This document shows positions 1 through 14,070 of a DNA stretch of 64,000 bases, one piece after another. The notes beneath the pieces were generated by a model. That model had not been told where the DNA came from. It worked only from the letters and a program-made list of their open reading frames with translations, and did not search any database. The position numbers and the translations under genes were made by a program. Origin of the DNA: Octopus vulgaris (Eukaryota); NCBI GenBank assembly GCA_951406725.2, contig OX597815.1, positions 83,204,001-83,268,000 on the forward strand, in the 5' to 3' direction. Every line of letters begins with the position of its first letter. Within the stretch, counting starts at the first letter, position 1.

Positions 1-450
1 ATCAATGATCTCTCTCATATGCTTGAATTTACCTCAATTTTCCCTTAATATCTATTACGAAAACATTTTGTAGAAAGCAAGGCGCAATATAAAATTAATG
101 GAAAAATCCAATCGTCACTAATTGTGGCTATATTCATTTATTTGTTTTTGTATACGCATTAGCATTTCGTTAAATCATACAGAGATTTCTATGGTAAATA
201 CATATATGCTGATTAGCGGAATTAGCCGACACTAACCGATTCGATTGCTCTTACTAAAAAAAGCCTACAAAAATATCCGAAACTAGACGTCAAGTCTGAA
301 AGATTCACGATTCAGTCACGGTTCGGTTTCTTCCCCTGTTAGCGTATGCGTATACATCTGCGGTCTTCCTACAGTACAAGAAGTATTTCACTCCTATTTC
401 TAGCAATGTACGTGTCTCGGTACACTTGGTCACATTTATGAGGCTACTGA

Positions 451-459
451 ATATATATG

Positions 460-518
<59 letters not shown>

Positions 519-547
519 GTGTGTGTGTGCGTGTATGTGTGTGTGTG
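451..547. repeat. (TA)n(TG)n compound microsatellite
   Basis: Direct reading; representative of dozens of similar tracts in the window. Confidence 0.95.
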
Positions 548-1216
548 GTGTTTTGCTAAGTGTTGCAGTTTAGTTGTAATAGTAAGATACTAGGACCAAA
601 CAAAAGAATTAAATAAATTTATTAGGTTACATATTTAATATGAATAGTTACATTCCCTTCATTCAATATTCTGTTAAATATGGATATGTTTTGATGCGAT
701 TCCAGACATTTTGGGCTGGCATGGTTGCTACTTAGAAAAGGATCTTTAGAAATTTATTATATGTTAAAGAAGTATGATAAACGTTATATGATAAACTCGT
801 CTGCTAATAGTTTTGAATCAATTAAATAATAACGCAGTTTCAGTCCTGATTGACAAGTTTCAAACTGAGCACGATCATAATACGCATAACTGATTGTAAT
901 TGAACTAACACATTAGGTTAAAGAGTGTAAGATGTGTGTGTGTTCAATAAAGAAATGTTTAAGATTTAAAAAATTATATGCAATATAAGAATTCACATTA
1001 ATTCAAGAGCGATCGGCACAAATTCAATTTCACTTTGGTTTTTTGCAATAATTTGCTTCATTAAGCTTGTAAGATTTACGCTTCGGTGTAAATTAAATTT
1101 CATATGACTTGAGATTTCTTCTGTCTTCAAATATCAGCATTTCTTGTAATGATTTTCCTTCCATTGAATGTTCTGTCACGTCCATCGAGAATGGAGATTC
1201 TCATACTGATATTGTT

Positions 1217-1256
<40 letters not shown>

Positions 1257-1560
1257 TCTAAGAGGGATAACCACTACATGGACATCCATTATGCTACAAG
1301 TAGATCCGCTATGGTCTTGCCTCTAAGAAAGGAATGTTCTCAAGAAAATTTCGCAAGCGGCAGAACGTAAGCGAGCAAGACAAATGAAAAGAAACAAAAT
1401 ATAGATTAATCATAAACTTACGTAATTGTCCGTAGCTTATCAGTATGATCGCCTTTGGAAATATAATTTACAGAACTTTACACGAAACGTCCGCATGAAA
1501 TTGAACATGTATACAGTTCTACCAATTACACTTGGGGTTATCTTTCAAAAGTCTTCTAAT

Positions 1561-2363
1561 ATGGAAAAGCCGATATATTTATTCACTGCCGACAGGGAGC
1601 TGCGCTTGCGAGGTAGATTTGAAAAATTAGAATGTATAAGCACGGGGCATATACTGGATTGTATCGTGTATATATATTTAATCTAAGGTGTACCTGCTGA
1701 GGAAGGCATCGCCTAACAAATTATTTTGTTTGCTAAAAGAAGTCTGAAAACTTTGTTTCAGGAGTTAGATGGTAAATGTTTTTACTTTTCATTCCCTTTG
1801 ATATTTTATCTCTAATTGTGGTTCATAATTTAACTGTCCTCTCTAGCGTGCAGGTAGTCCTATGATTGCTAACTCTTATGTGTTTAAATGTACACTGTAT
1901 TTATATGAATAATATATAGTCTATTGAGTAAATATTTACACACTAGGCCATTGGAAATGGAACTTTCTAATATTTCCGATAACCCTTTGATATTATTAAT
2001 TATTGATAATTTTTTTGGATAATTTTCGAAATGAAAAAGCCAGCATATTTATTTACTGCCGATAGGGAGGTGCGCTTGCGCAGTAGATTTGAAAACTTAG
2101 AAAATATAAGCACGGAGCATGTACTGGATTGTTTCGTGTATATTTATATAATCTAAGGTGTACCTGCTAAAGAACACTTCACCTAGCAAATTATTTTATT
2201 TCCTAAAAAATGTCTGAAACCATTGGTCTAGGAGTTAAATGGTAAATGTTTTTTTATTCATTCCCTTGGATATTTTATCTCTAATAGTGGTTCGGAATTT
2301 AGCTGTCCTCTCTAACGTTCAGGTAGTCCTATGATGGCTACTCTTATGCGTTTAAATGTAAAC

Positions 2364-2367
<4 letters not shown>
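1561..2367 (+). repeat. Diverged direct duplication of a ~337-bp unit (1561-1898 and 2031-2367)
   Basis: Collinear copies 470 bp apart, e.g. actgccgacagggagctgcgcttgcg vs actgccgatagggaggtgcgcttgcg, and aatctaaggtgtacctgct and caggtagtcctatgat in both. Confidence 0.9.
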
Positions 2368-2433
<66 letters not shown>

Positions 2434-2687
2434 GAGAGAGAGACATGAAGTGTTTTATATATTGTACACGTACATATTTGTAAAATCTATTAAACGCGTA
2501 TAATTGTGAATAAATAATCCCGACTATTTTTCCAGTCTCCAGGTTTGATAGGTAATTACTCTGCAAGACATATTCTCCATTGTTTCCAACTCTTATGCAT
2601 TTCTCACAAAAATATAATGTCCGCACAGAAAAATATTATCGGAATATATAGATTGTGAACCTTCAGTTTTATAAACATATCTACATA

Positions 2688-2748
<61 letters not shown>

Positions 2749-2808
2749 TCTGTCTGTGTGTCTGTGTGTGAGTGCGAGTGTGTGTGTGTGTGTGTGTGTG
2801 TGCGTGTG

Positions 2809-2876
<68 letters not shown>

Positions 2877-2884
2877 CGCGCGTG

Positions 2885-3268
2885 TATAGGGAAGATTCGT
2901 GAAGGTCTAGCTCCAAACTTTGGGATTAAAAGCTATACCAACCATCGAGCCTGAGGTACGGCATAATACCAAATATACCGTCTTCTTCTCAAATAAGGAG
3001 ACCAATATTGCAACAGCCTGGCTTTCAGGGGATCACAACTGTGTAACATCCTGCCAAGGAACCTAAGGGATCTGCAAAGTGTAGATGCGGAAGCGTTCAA
3101 AAAGCACGTGGACAAATTTCTCTCTAAAGTTCCAGATTAGTCCACATCGCGACAGGAGGCACTTTAAAGAGTAGCATCTTCGAACTCGCTTCTTCACCAA
3201 AAACAATGTCGCAAGGACGGTGCCGCAGCATGGGCCCAACCTCTGGCTGAAGCCAGCAATAGAATAAA
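2885..3268 (+). mobile_element. CR1-group LINE 3' end relic (ORF2 C-terminus plus 3' UTR)
   Basis: Translates [15 protein letters not shown] ... QYCNSLAFRGSQLCNILPRNLRDLQSVDAEAFKKHVDKFLSKVPD* ... SNSLLHQ, the typical CR1-like ORF2 tail (GxxLFNxLP...FKxxLDxFL..PD); interrupted by stops. Confidence 0.8.
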
Positions 3269-3294
3269 CGAACATATATATATATATATATATA

Positions 3295-3411
3295 TTGGCC
3301 TGCTCGCTTAGCCAGCGGGGTGGTGTCATTTGAGGGCTAAAGCAATGCGAAGCGTATTGTGACCAGCGATGTGTAGCAACATCTGATAGTCTGGTCGATC
3401 ACGTGACGTGA
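3295..3411 (+). mobile_element. Probable SINE/LINE 3' tail fragment between (TA)n tracts
   Basis: GC-richer 115-bp island ending ...ctggtcgatcacgtgacgtgat and flanked by (TA)n; resembles an abundant octopus retroposon tail (from recall, not searched). Confidence 0.45.
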
Positions 3412-3417
3412 TATATA

Positions 3418-3462
<45 letters not shown>

Positions 3463-3806
3463 GTGCGATAGTGCCTGCATGGCCAAAAGCTTGCTTCCCA
3501 ACCTCACGGTTTAGGTTCAGTCCCACTGCGTGGCACCTAGACCAGTTGTCTTCTACAATAGCCTCGGGCCGAGCAAAACCTCGTGCGTAGATTTGGTAGA
3601 CGGAAATTGAAAGAAGCCCGGCGTATGTATATATACAGAGAGATGTGTGCGTGTGTGTGTTTGTGTGCTGTGTGCGTGCTTGTGTGTCTGTGTTTGTGTC
3701 TCAACTATCGCTTGACAACCGATGGTGTATTTACGTTCCCGTAACATTAGCGACTCGGCAAAAGAGACCGATAGAATAAGTACTAGGCTTACAAAGAATA
3801 AGTCCT
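3463..3806 (+). mobile_element. tRNA-derived SINE family A (internal microsatellite), 3'-truncated
   Basis: B-box-like ggttcagtccc; body collinear with copies at 10183-10772 and 52143-52546 (gatttggtagacggaaa, cgcttgacaaccgatg, gagaccgatagaataagtact). Confidence 0.9.
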
Positions 3807-3807
3807 A

Positions 3808-3990
3808 CGAGCTAGAGAATGAAGATGGAAAGGTATCACCAGTATCAAAGCATAAAACGCATTCTAAACGCTCTGAAATCACCAGAACACCTGAATTTAC
3901 TCAGCGAGTTTAACAGACCATTGATTACAACTACATAAAGGTCATGAGGTCAATTGCAAAATCTCTCCATGTATCAGAAGGAACAGTAAC
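3808..3990 (+). mobile_element. Tc1/mariner (maT-like) transposase N-terminal HTH fragment
   Basis: HKTHSKRSEITRTPEFTQRV*QTID...MRSIAKSLHVSEGTV resembles the paired-like/HTH region of DD37D transposases. Confidence 0.65.
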
Positions 3991-4082
3991 TTTTTTGATA
4001 AATAAAGCTATTATCTATTATTATATATTTGTTTTTTTTTATAAACATAAATTTGTCCTCAAATATCTTACGCACGCTGTAT

Positions 4083-4147
<65 letters not shown>

Positions 4148-4186
4148 GAGAGAGAGAGAGACATTGAAAGATAAATAGATACATAC

Positions 4187-4226
<40 letters not shown>

Positions 4227-4328
4227 TCAATATAGGGTGGCAAAAAAAATTTTGTAGAATTTTTTTTGCCACCAGCGGCCTAGTGGGAAAAAATTAAATA
4301 GTCATAGACCATTTATAAGAATATATAT

Positions 4329-4388
<60 letters not shown>

Positions 4389-4631
4389 TATATAGAGGCA
4401 TGTATATTATTCAAAGGAATTCCAACTCAGTCTGTTTTTTGTTTTATTTATATTCTTTATAATATTAATGTAGAATATAGAATATATAGTATAAATATCA
4501 TATATAGTAAAATGTAACGAAATATTGATTGTCTTATTGAATAAATGAAATATTGAATATCAAATATTAAGGGAATAGTATAATTTCTTGCATTAAAACA
4601 GTCTTCAAGGTTCCAGGTTGTGACAAGAGTG

Positions 4632-4751
<120 letters not shown>

Positions 4752-7700
4752 CATACATATATATACATATATATATAATTACATTATATATATATATGTA
4801 TGTATATATATATATATATACAACCATACATACATATATACATACGAACATATGTCCAAATATACATATTGATAAACGCATGCTGATTCATATTTTTATG
4901 CATAATGTGAAATTGTTTTATAGCATCTGGAATAACTCTTTATTATGATAACATCGACAAAGGAGAATTCTTCCGTAACAGCATTAGCGTTAACACTAGC
5001 AGTAACAACAACAAGCAATAGCATTGTTAACACGAATAACAGGAATAATATCAAACAGAACTGCTGAAATATTTGCAAGAGGGACTAGAACTGCAGTGAC
5101 AACAAAGGAATCAAGACACTTAGCAGCAAAAAATACGGAAAAGAACACACGTCGCGAAAAACTGAGTTGGAATCTATCTATCACTTGCGTATTTACATAA
5201 CTAAAGCTTTCAACAATATAGTGTCTCAATTACAATTCATTATGGCTTTTCCCGCAGCTTTTAGACAGCAAACCTCACCGGAAGTGTTCGTAACCGGACA
5301 TACCGACACCGGAAATTGTATACAATTCCCAATTACTTAACTTTTTATCTTGTTGAAATTCAATCCCATGTAAACCGCTAGAAATCACAGATGTATCTCG
5401 CCCTTTATGTAACGCTGGTAATATTTCATACGTTCTGGTGCCTGCTTGTACGATAGTTTCACAGGCCATTAAATGCCTCAAAACACTTTCTCTAAGCCTT
5501 TCTCTCTTGTTTTAGTTCTCTAATTTGTTTTTAGAAAAGTATAATAGGAAGGACTTACACGTCAGATCTCAAATTATACACGCTGGTTTCACAAGTTATC
5601 ACTATGTTTTTGTAGCTACTATAGCCCTTATTATTTGCATTATTAAACGTGTAGCTCTGTTTTCAAATGCATCTGCTGATTTTGCCTAGTCATTTCAGTT
5701 TGAATTGAACCATGCTACGTTGTTAGCTTCGGATCATCCCACAAAATCATTATACCGCAACGATGGTTGGTTTAAGTCATGCTGTGACATTAATTTACCA
5801 ATACAATTTCTTTTCACATACATCTAACTACTCGTATGTTACCTAATTACATGGTTTAAGCAATCGTAAAATTTAAGGACCAGATGTTCAAAATGGAGTC
5901 AAGTTAACCTCATTTTGTATGATAACATGCTTTGAAGTTACTGAAAAATTTGGGGCAGACACACTGTAACCCCGTTAGGACTATTATAGTGGGCGTAATG
6001 TATATGTTGTTCACTACTTTCTTCACATAAATAAGAGTCCAGCTCACATTATCGGGTATTCTATTAAACATGGTTTCGTAAATATTTACAAGAAGATCAG
6101 ATTTATAGAAATGCAAAAATTGGACTCTGCGATGTTAAAAAATTACCTCCACCCCACACTTTTTTGGTTTTTTGTTTTTTTTTCAAGAAATCAGCTTACG
6201 TTTATTTTGAATATTATGTATTCATACAATTACGAAAATTCCGGGCAAGAGAAGATGCCTCTCTACCATCTACCCACTCCCCTCATAAGCTAATATTCAG
6301 ACTATATTCGCATTTGTTCAGACGTTGCAGACTAGAGCGATAGTGGTGATGGTTATGATCAGGAATTGATCTGGCGAAAAATATTTAAAGTTAAGATAGA
6401 AAAGGTGTCCCACTGACATGAGTAAATAAATATTCATAGAATTTCGTATAAATGTGCACGTTTGGCGCAGATTCCTCAAAACAAATTATCGCGGTCTGTG
6501 ATCGATGAGAAACAAAGTAGTCTGAAATTAGAGCATAAGCAATGAACCTACAATGAGAGATACACCACTATTTCATCACGCTTCTTTTTCTAAGCATTAT
6601 GCAACATGGTATCTTACCTCACGCAGATTGCTTTGAGCAGTTCTCTAAAAATCATCATTAATAAATACTTCAGAGGTTCTTTTTGCCTGAAACACAAGGA
6701 AATTTGACGTAAGAAAATTATAGGTAAAGACTGTGTATTGAAATCGTGACATTACTACATCTCTTGCAAAACAAAGCTATCCAGTTTATCAGGTTATTGC
6801 AGCTGCTATCTTCTAATATTCTTCTGACTGATGACCTCTAATCTCTATATACTTGATATAAAAAAAAAAAGAACAATAACACTATAAATAATTTATCGGT
6901 GGATATGGAATAACAATCTTTGACATTTTTTTCACTTTTGCAGGTATAGTGTGCCATGCTGCTATATATTAACTGAATTGAAACCCAAGATGGATCTGAA
7001 TTAATATTTCACAAGACAGCTGAGTTATTTGCAGCATAAACTTTTGTACATAAATAATCTGAGGATAAGACCTCCTGTAGCCACACAGAAATCCTTCCTA
7101 TAATTGGCGTTTTCCAATTATGTTAGTATTTTGTGTTGAATAAGCATCGGGAGTGCTGTCGGAAAAATATATTTTTCTGTTTTCTTTTTTGTTTTTTGTT
7201 TTCTTGGGTTTTTGTTTTTACTTTTCCATACGAGGGTGAGTTTTCTCGAGAAAATAAAATGTCGTTTGATAATGCGAGTAATGAACTAGTTTGATTTCTT
7301 TCTCTACTATGAACAAAATTGTGGTGTTATGAAATATATTGAAATGCTTGGTAGTAATAAAGTTCAAGTACCAAATATAGCGATTTGTTGTTTCTTGTAA
7401 GTTGAAATGACCTACAAATGCTCGCTACATATATATTAGAAATAATAACTCCATATACTCTTGTTTGTTTTAAGACCTGAAGCATGTAAATAGACATGAA
7501 TACTACTTCTTTTGTGTAGGCCTGACAATCTATTGTATATTGTGTGCCTGTTGTTTTGAGTCAAATTTGTTCTTTCGTTAATACTGAGTTAGCTAGATTA
7601 TTGTTAAAATATTATGTTAATATATTTATGACATTTGGGAGCATAGAATAATGCAAATATCTCCAGACTAAATATTCATATCTTTTCTCTCTGACTTATT

Positions 7701-8099
7701 TCAGTAAATTCCGATTTTCACAAATATATTTTCGTAGGTCTAGTTATTTAAATTAAATCTTGCTTTGAAATTATAATACAATCAAAGTAAAAGTTCTATT
7801 TATGATGTTATCTGACAAAGTTCAGGAAAAGGGGCAAATAACTAAGGCTTTACGTATTCAGACAGAAGATTTAAATTCCAAATCAACTGCTGGCAATTTC
7901 GTGTTATATTTTAGAGTTTGGTAATTCATTCTATGATGCTTGACAAGTTCACCTGCTTGTCAAGAGTTGTTATCAGCTATTCTAGCCATGCTGCCAACTT
8001 CTGTTATAACCAAAATAGAGAGGCACATTTATATCTCATCAAATTAATACTAGGGCAGTACTTAAGAATGTTTTAAGTATAATCGAGACATTTACATAA

Positions 8100-8460
8100 C
8101 ATCTGATAAAAAAACGCATATACATACTAATAATATGCTCCAAGAGTAACAACAAGCGAAATTTTGTAAAGATTTTGTTCCGAGGACTATGTAAGAAAAT
8201 AATGATAAACCAACAAACAATCGTCTAAATAGTAAAAGCAGAAATATTGGTATAATCATTTGAATAGGTGTTAAGGCAGAACAGCATAATATTTCTTGTC
8301 TGAAATAAGTGAAAGAGATTGTCAGTGAAAGAGATTGCACACTGAGTAAGTTCTTAATGTTTAAATGTAATAGCAGTAGTACCAACATATTCCAGATGGG
8401 GGAACCTTGTATTGAGTATCGTGTAACACTTATCAACATCATCTAAATTAAACGCCATCT
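8100..8460 (+). mobile_element. Heavily decayed Penelope-like GIY-YIG C-terminal relic
   Basis: Fragments FLMFKCNSSSTN and a ...KLN ending resemble PLE endonuclease C-termini; many stops and frameshifts. Confidence 0.3.
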
Positions 8461-9429
8461 CCAGTCTAAACCCTCTAAATCGACATGTTGGCTGTTATTT
8501 CATATATAGGAAAAGAGAAAAAGAAATAAAGGTAGCAGATAAGAAAGCCAAGCAGAGGGAAAGAAAGGATTAAGAAACAATTCAAGGGAGAAATAAACAA
8601 CTAAGTTAAATTGTCTAATAATGTCTGACTGATATGTATTCCCGGAAGAAGTCTCCCCATTCATACTATTTTAAATTACAGTAATCGGTTTAGTCCAAAT
8701 GCAGTTAATACTAATGAAACATTAGGAGGTAAAAGAAATACAAACTTTATTCCCCCACCCCAATACCCAAATAGGAGACATATGTCAGAAAACACACATG
8801 TACACGCAATTATATTTTAGCATATGCTCAAACATCCGCAAACAGTTTTTTAAATTACTTTTAGAATTATTGCACTATCCAACATATTAAATAATATTCT
8901 GAAAAGATTAAGTTAGCCAAATCTTTCATAACCCAAGCCCCACTGATTTGCATTTTGAATTATATGTTATATATATATATAAAAAAAACCTTCTTCCTAT
9001 TCATGAAATGATAAGATGACCGGAATATAATTGGTCTTCACTATTTGGTTAGCTAAAAAGAGTAGCATAGAGCAAAACAAAACTCATAAATGTCTTTATA
9101 TCTGTTATGTAGTCCAGGTCAGCAGTAAGCCAGTAGTACCACTGTATGCTTTTTGCTTTCCATAGCCATGTCATTTCCTTTCTTGTGACAATTTGTTTCC
9201 GTTAATATTTTCTTGAAGATTTGGGACTTGAAAGTAGCACGCTGTCTTACATTCAATAAAAATAAACGTTGCAAGTTTTTGTTCATTTAGTTATTATCGA
9301 TTTTCATAGTAAAAGTGAAATAGAGAATGTTCGTTTCCTCTCATTCTTTAAGCAGCAAATTGGCATTTTCCTCTCAGAAATAGGATTGTAGATGAATCGT
9401 CAGGTCTACTTCCGATAAGATTACATATG

Positions 9430-9495
<66 letters not shown>

Positions 9496-9521
9496 TACAT
9501 ACATACACTTATATATATATA

Positions 9522-9855
9522 CCGTGGCAATCCGTCGGTTACGACAACGAGAGTTCCAGTTAATCCGATCAACAGAACGGCCTGCTCGTGAAATTAACGT
9601 GCAAGTGGCTCATCACTCCAAAGACATGTGTACCCTTAACATAGTTCTCGGGGAGACTCAGCGTGATGCAGAGTGTGACAAGGCTGGCCCTTTGAAATAC
9701 AAGTACAACAGAAACAGGAAGAGGAAGAAAGAGTGAAAGAAAGTTGTGCTGAAAGAGTACAACAGAGTTCGTCACCACCCCTGCCGGACCCTCGTGGAGA
9801 TTTAGGTGTTTTCGCTCAATAAACCCTCACAACGCCCAGTCTGGGAATCGAAACA
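9522..9855 (-). mobile_element. tRNA-derived SINE family C
   Basis: Minus strand starts with B-box gtttcgattccc; tail shares gccacttgcac...ttgatcggattaactggaactctcgtt with the copy at 57926-58232. Confidence 0.8.
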
Positions 9856-10182
9856 GTGGGCTCAATTTGATTCGTTAGTTGAAACTGGTAAAAAGGTCAG
9901 GGTATCATGTGGCTGTATTAATGATACTTGCGCCATAATATTTCAGTGACTGTGTAACGTGACAACGTGATTAATGACTGGGTTTAAACTCATCTACTTG
10001 ATCACGTAACAATTTGAACCACAATTTCCCTGAAACTCAAGGTTGTGTTAATTCAGTGATTATCTTTTGTGATATTACAAACAAGAGATTGCCAAAATAG
10101 CTAAAAATTATGAAATTCCTTACTTGTATACAAGGGATAGGGAATTGTGTATATAGTTGCTTTGTGTTGAAGATAAACTTTG

Positions 10183-10772
<590 letters not shown>

Positions 10773-10879
10773 TTATGGTACCAGCTTTCAATGAATTGAT
10801 ACAGCGTCATAGACAAGAGATCGAAAATCTAGCTGCTAATAGAATACAACCTGACAGAGAACAGATATTCAACAACTAC

Positions 10880-11500
10880 GATGGACAAGGCAAAAAAAAA
10901 AGAAACGAACCGATATACGTCAAATACTCTCCCTTACATTTTAACACGCACATAACCCATCGCTATCCATTGACACATTACAATATGTAGTCAAGATCTA
11001 AGATTGCAAAAGAGAAAGCAAAACAAAAAATGTTATTTGAAATACGTGAAATAATCAAAATCAAAAGAAATCCAAAATATTGAAAATAGTTACTTTCCAT
11101 CGCCAATTGTCTAAAATCTCAACACCAAATAGTCAAATACTACGGTCACTCTAACTCCAAAAAAATCATCAATCGTATAGAATACACGTCTGATAAAATT
11201 TAATGGAGATATATTTTCACTGAAAAAAATCACGTCCGAAATTCATCAAAAATATTTCGTATGCTGTTGAATTTAATAGATGTAGCAATGATTACATAGG
11301 TCCGGTCAATATTTATAGGCAAAACAAAAATGGAATCTTAATACTAAATAGATTACACCGAGAAAACATTTAGATTTATATGCAACAGAGTACCTATATT
11401 CCTAAAATTTTCACTTTTCAATCGTCCTCAGAAATCAAATATCAAACAAGCAAATAAAGAAAATGTGTAAATTAAAAATACAGCTAATCTATAACAACAT
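10880..11500 (+). mobile_element. Decayed Penelope-like element (RT-EN linker plus GIY-YIG endonuclease)
   Basis: Fragments LPYILT..HNP, EIIKIKRNPKY*K*LL and NISYAVEFNRCSNDYIGPVN (GIY-YIG-type YxxxCxxCxxxYIG), then HLDLYA, in PLE order. Confidence 0.65.
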
Positions 11501-12188
11501 ATTAGGTAGAAAACTTACTCTATTGTATTTATCGTTCTCGCATACACATAGGCATATACAAATCTGAATTTCATTCGCAGAGAAGTAAATAAGCGAATTC
11601 TTTCTTTTAACTCTTTTGACGACTAAAACACGATTTATTGGCTCGTAGATTAACATAGATTTAACTTTTGGCACACATGTTATCCATATTATTGCGTGAT
11701 ATATCACGTGCACTTAATGTCCATATGTTATCCATGGTGCTATATGGTAAGTATATTAGATCAATACAGTTTAAATGTACGACACAAACATCATTCTTAT
11801 AGAGACAAGAACCTTTGGTTATGTGATCAGTATCAACTGGTCAAACTCTGCCTCTACTCGTGACGATTTGAGTCAAAATCTTTTCACAGCAAGTCCATCG
11901 AAACGCCAAGCAACAACATTGCTACGATAATCATTGCCATGTAAAAGACATTTAGGCCTATCATCGTGAAATACATGAAGTGGGAATTTCAAACTTGCTC
12001 ATTCAATCGATTATAAAAATAGATTGTTGACGTATCTAGTAATATCGTGCTGTAAGCTATGGCAAATACACGTACACTGCTTAAAGCCTCTCTTTTTTTC
12101 ATTTACATTCATATTTTCGAACATCTTAACGTGAACGACCTCATTTCAAGTGTACAATACTGTATAGGTATAGTGATTATGCACAAAC

Positions 12189-12221
<33 letters not shown>

Positions 12222-13689
12222 CACACTCACGTGCACGCACACATACACACACGTACATATATGTTTGTGTGCACGCGCGTACATACATATCTTAATATAG
12301 GTACGTAATTACATCAAATTTTTTTATTGTTTATGTAATAATGTAGATATATAGTAGATACATGCTGCCTCCATTCGAACGAAGGTACATTTTTATATGG
12401 GTTTTCATATAAACGTACGCAAAATCTTATTTGCTATTGAAACTTATTTTCTTGACCCAAGAAAATTGACATAAACATTAGTTTCCGATGGTGACTGAAA
12501 CTAGAGTCTAAATATACTTATTTAGACTCACAAATGTATTTAAGTTACCACATTATACTTTCCGCTACTTATTGATGCAAGACGCATATTTATTAAAATT
12601 GTTATAAGTGAAAAAATGGTCTCTCCAGTAGAGGTCCGGTATGAGAGCTCGAATAAAATGTGCTTGCTATTGCTTTTCATATATGCGAGTGAAATAAAAT
12701 GAAGACCGGTAACTTAGTGCACGGTAAAATATTATATCTCCTGAATAATAATATTAGTCGTTAAAGATAGGAAACAGAAACATATTGATAAATGAAAATC
12801 TGTGTACGTAAATGCCTATATATTTATAAGAGTGTATAATGACTGTAGGCTTCTATACAAAGCCACATTGTAATAGAAGAGGAGTATGATGTCCAAATTG
12901 AACGATTATACTTCACAGGTACGTCAGTGCGCACGATTACAGAAGGAAAGTCAATATCTTCTTTGGCTTAATTTGAACTCATTCCGAACGGGACGAAAGT
13001 AAATACTGCAAAACATTTTCTGCGCATCTCTGCCATTTCCTTCTCTAAGTCACGTTTGTTTATGTCAGTGTGTTTCCGATTTTGAGAAGGATGAACATTT
13101 AACTATTCACTGGTTTAAGCCTATTTGTATACGTGAATATAAATCTTCTATTTCTCTGTAATATTCTTTGAACTCTGGCGCCCATCACAGTGTTAATGGT
13201 CCGTATATTCTAGAAGAATCGAAGGATCGAAATAGCCTTGTGTTTAGTTCACAGGCAAATATTAAACAGACCGTGATGGAAGAGCTTTTTAATTTGTCCA
13301 GTCATACTTAATAGGTCTGTCACCCCCACCATAACTACTGCAACTAGCGAAACTATCCACAGCGAACATAAACAGGAAATATCAAAGTCAACTACCACGT
13401 ACACTATCATTAGGCTGATGCAAGCTGATGTAGATGGTGATGACTATGCAGAAGACGATGGACATGGTGGCGACGACAATGATGATAATGATGAGTACGA
13501 CGATGTCGCTGATGATTTTACTGATCATGAAGACGAAGGTGATGTTGATGGTGATGTGAAAGTCGTAGTGAAAATAAAGTTAATGGTAATATTAAGAAGC
13601 ATCTTAGCTTTGTCGATATTGATTACGCTGAAGATGAAGCACACCATCCTCAGTATCATCGATATGATAATAATAAATATTATTGTTTC

Positions 13690-13915
13690 TAATTTAAACA
13701 CAAAGCCAGTAATTTATAGGGAGGAGGTTTCTCTATTAAAGCCGCCCTTAGTTACTTAATTGAAGTAGGCCCCGTACTTGACTGCTGATTTCTTTTACTG
13801 ACCCGGGAGGATGAACAGCAAAGTTGATCCCGGAGATGTTTGAACTCATAAAGTAAAGGAATGCAACAAATACTGCAGTATATTTTGACTGACGTTTTTC
13901 TGATTCTGTACTGTC
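13690..13915 (-). mobile_element. Degenerate SINE family B
   Basis: gacccgggaggatgaacagcaaagttgatccc...tttgaactc is the reverse complement of the family B core seen at 54131-54338. Confidence 0.6.
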
Positions 13916-13998
13916 GATTGTAAAATGAAATAATTAAAAATGGGGGTACAAAAACGTATGAGAATAGTGAAAGAATTTTAATATACATACCTATATGT

Positions 13999-14070
13999 AA
14001 GGCGGCGAGCTGGTAGATTCTGGCAATAATATGCTTAGCGGTATTTCGTGCGTCTTTTCATTCCGAGTAA
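13999..14070 (+). mobile_element. SINE family B 5' fragment
   Basis: aggcggcgagctggtaga...atgcttagcggtatttcgt matches the head of 54131-54338. Confidence 0.65.

Noticed and set aside
13418-13759. Asp-rich 113-aa ORF
   Set aside because: Decayed (GAT)n low-complexity tract running into a SINE; no domain or splice support
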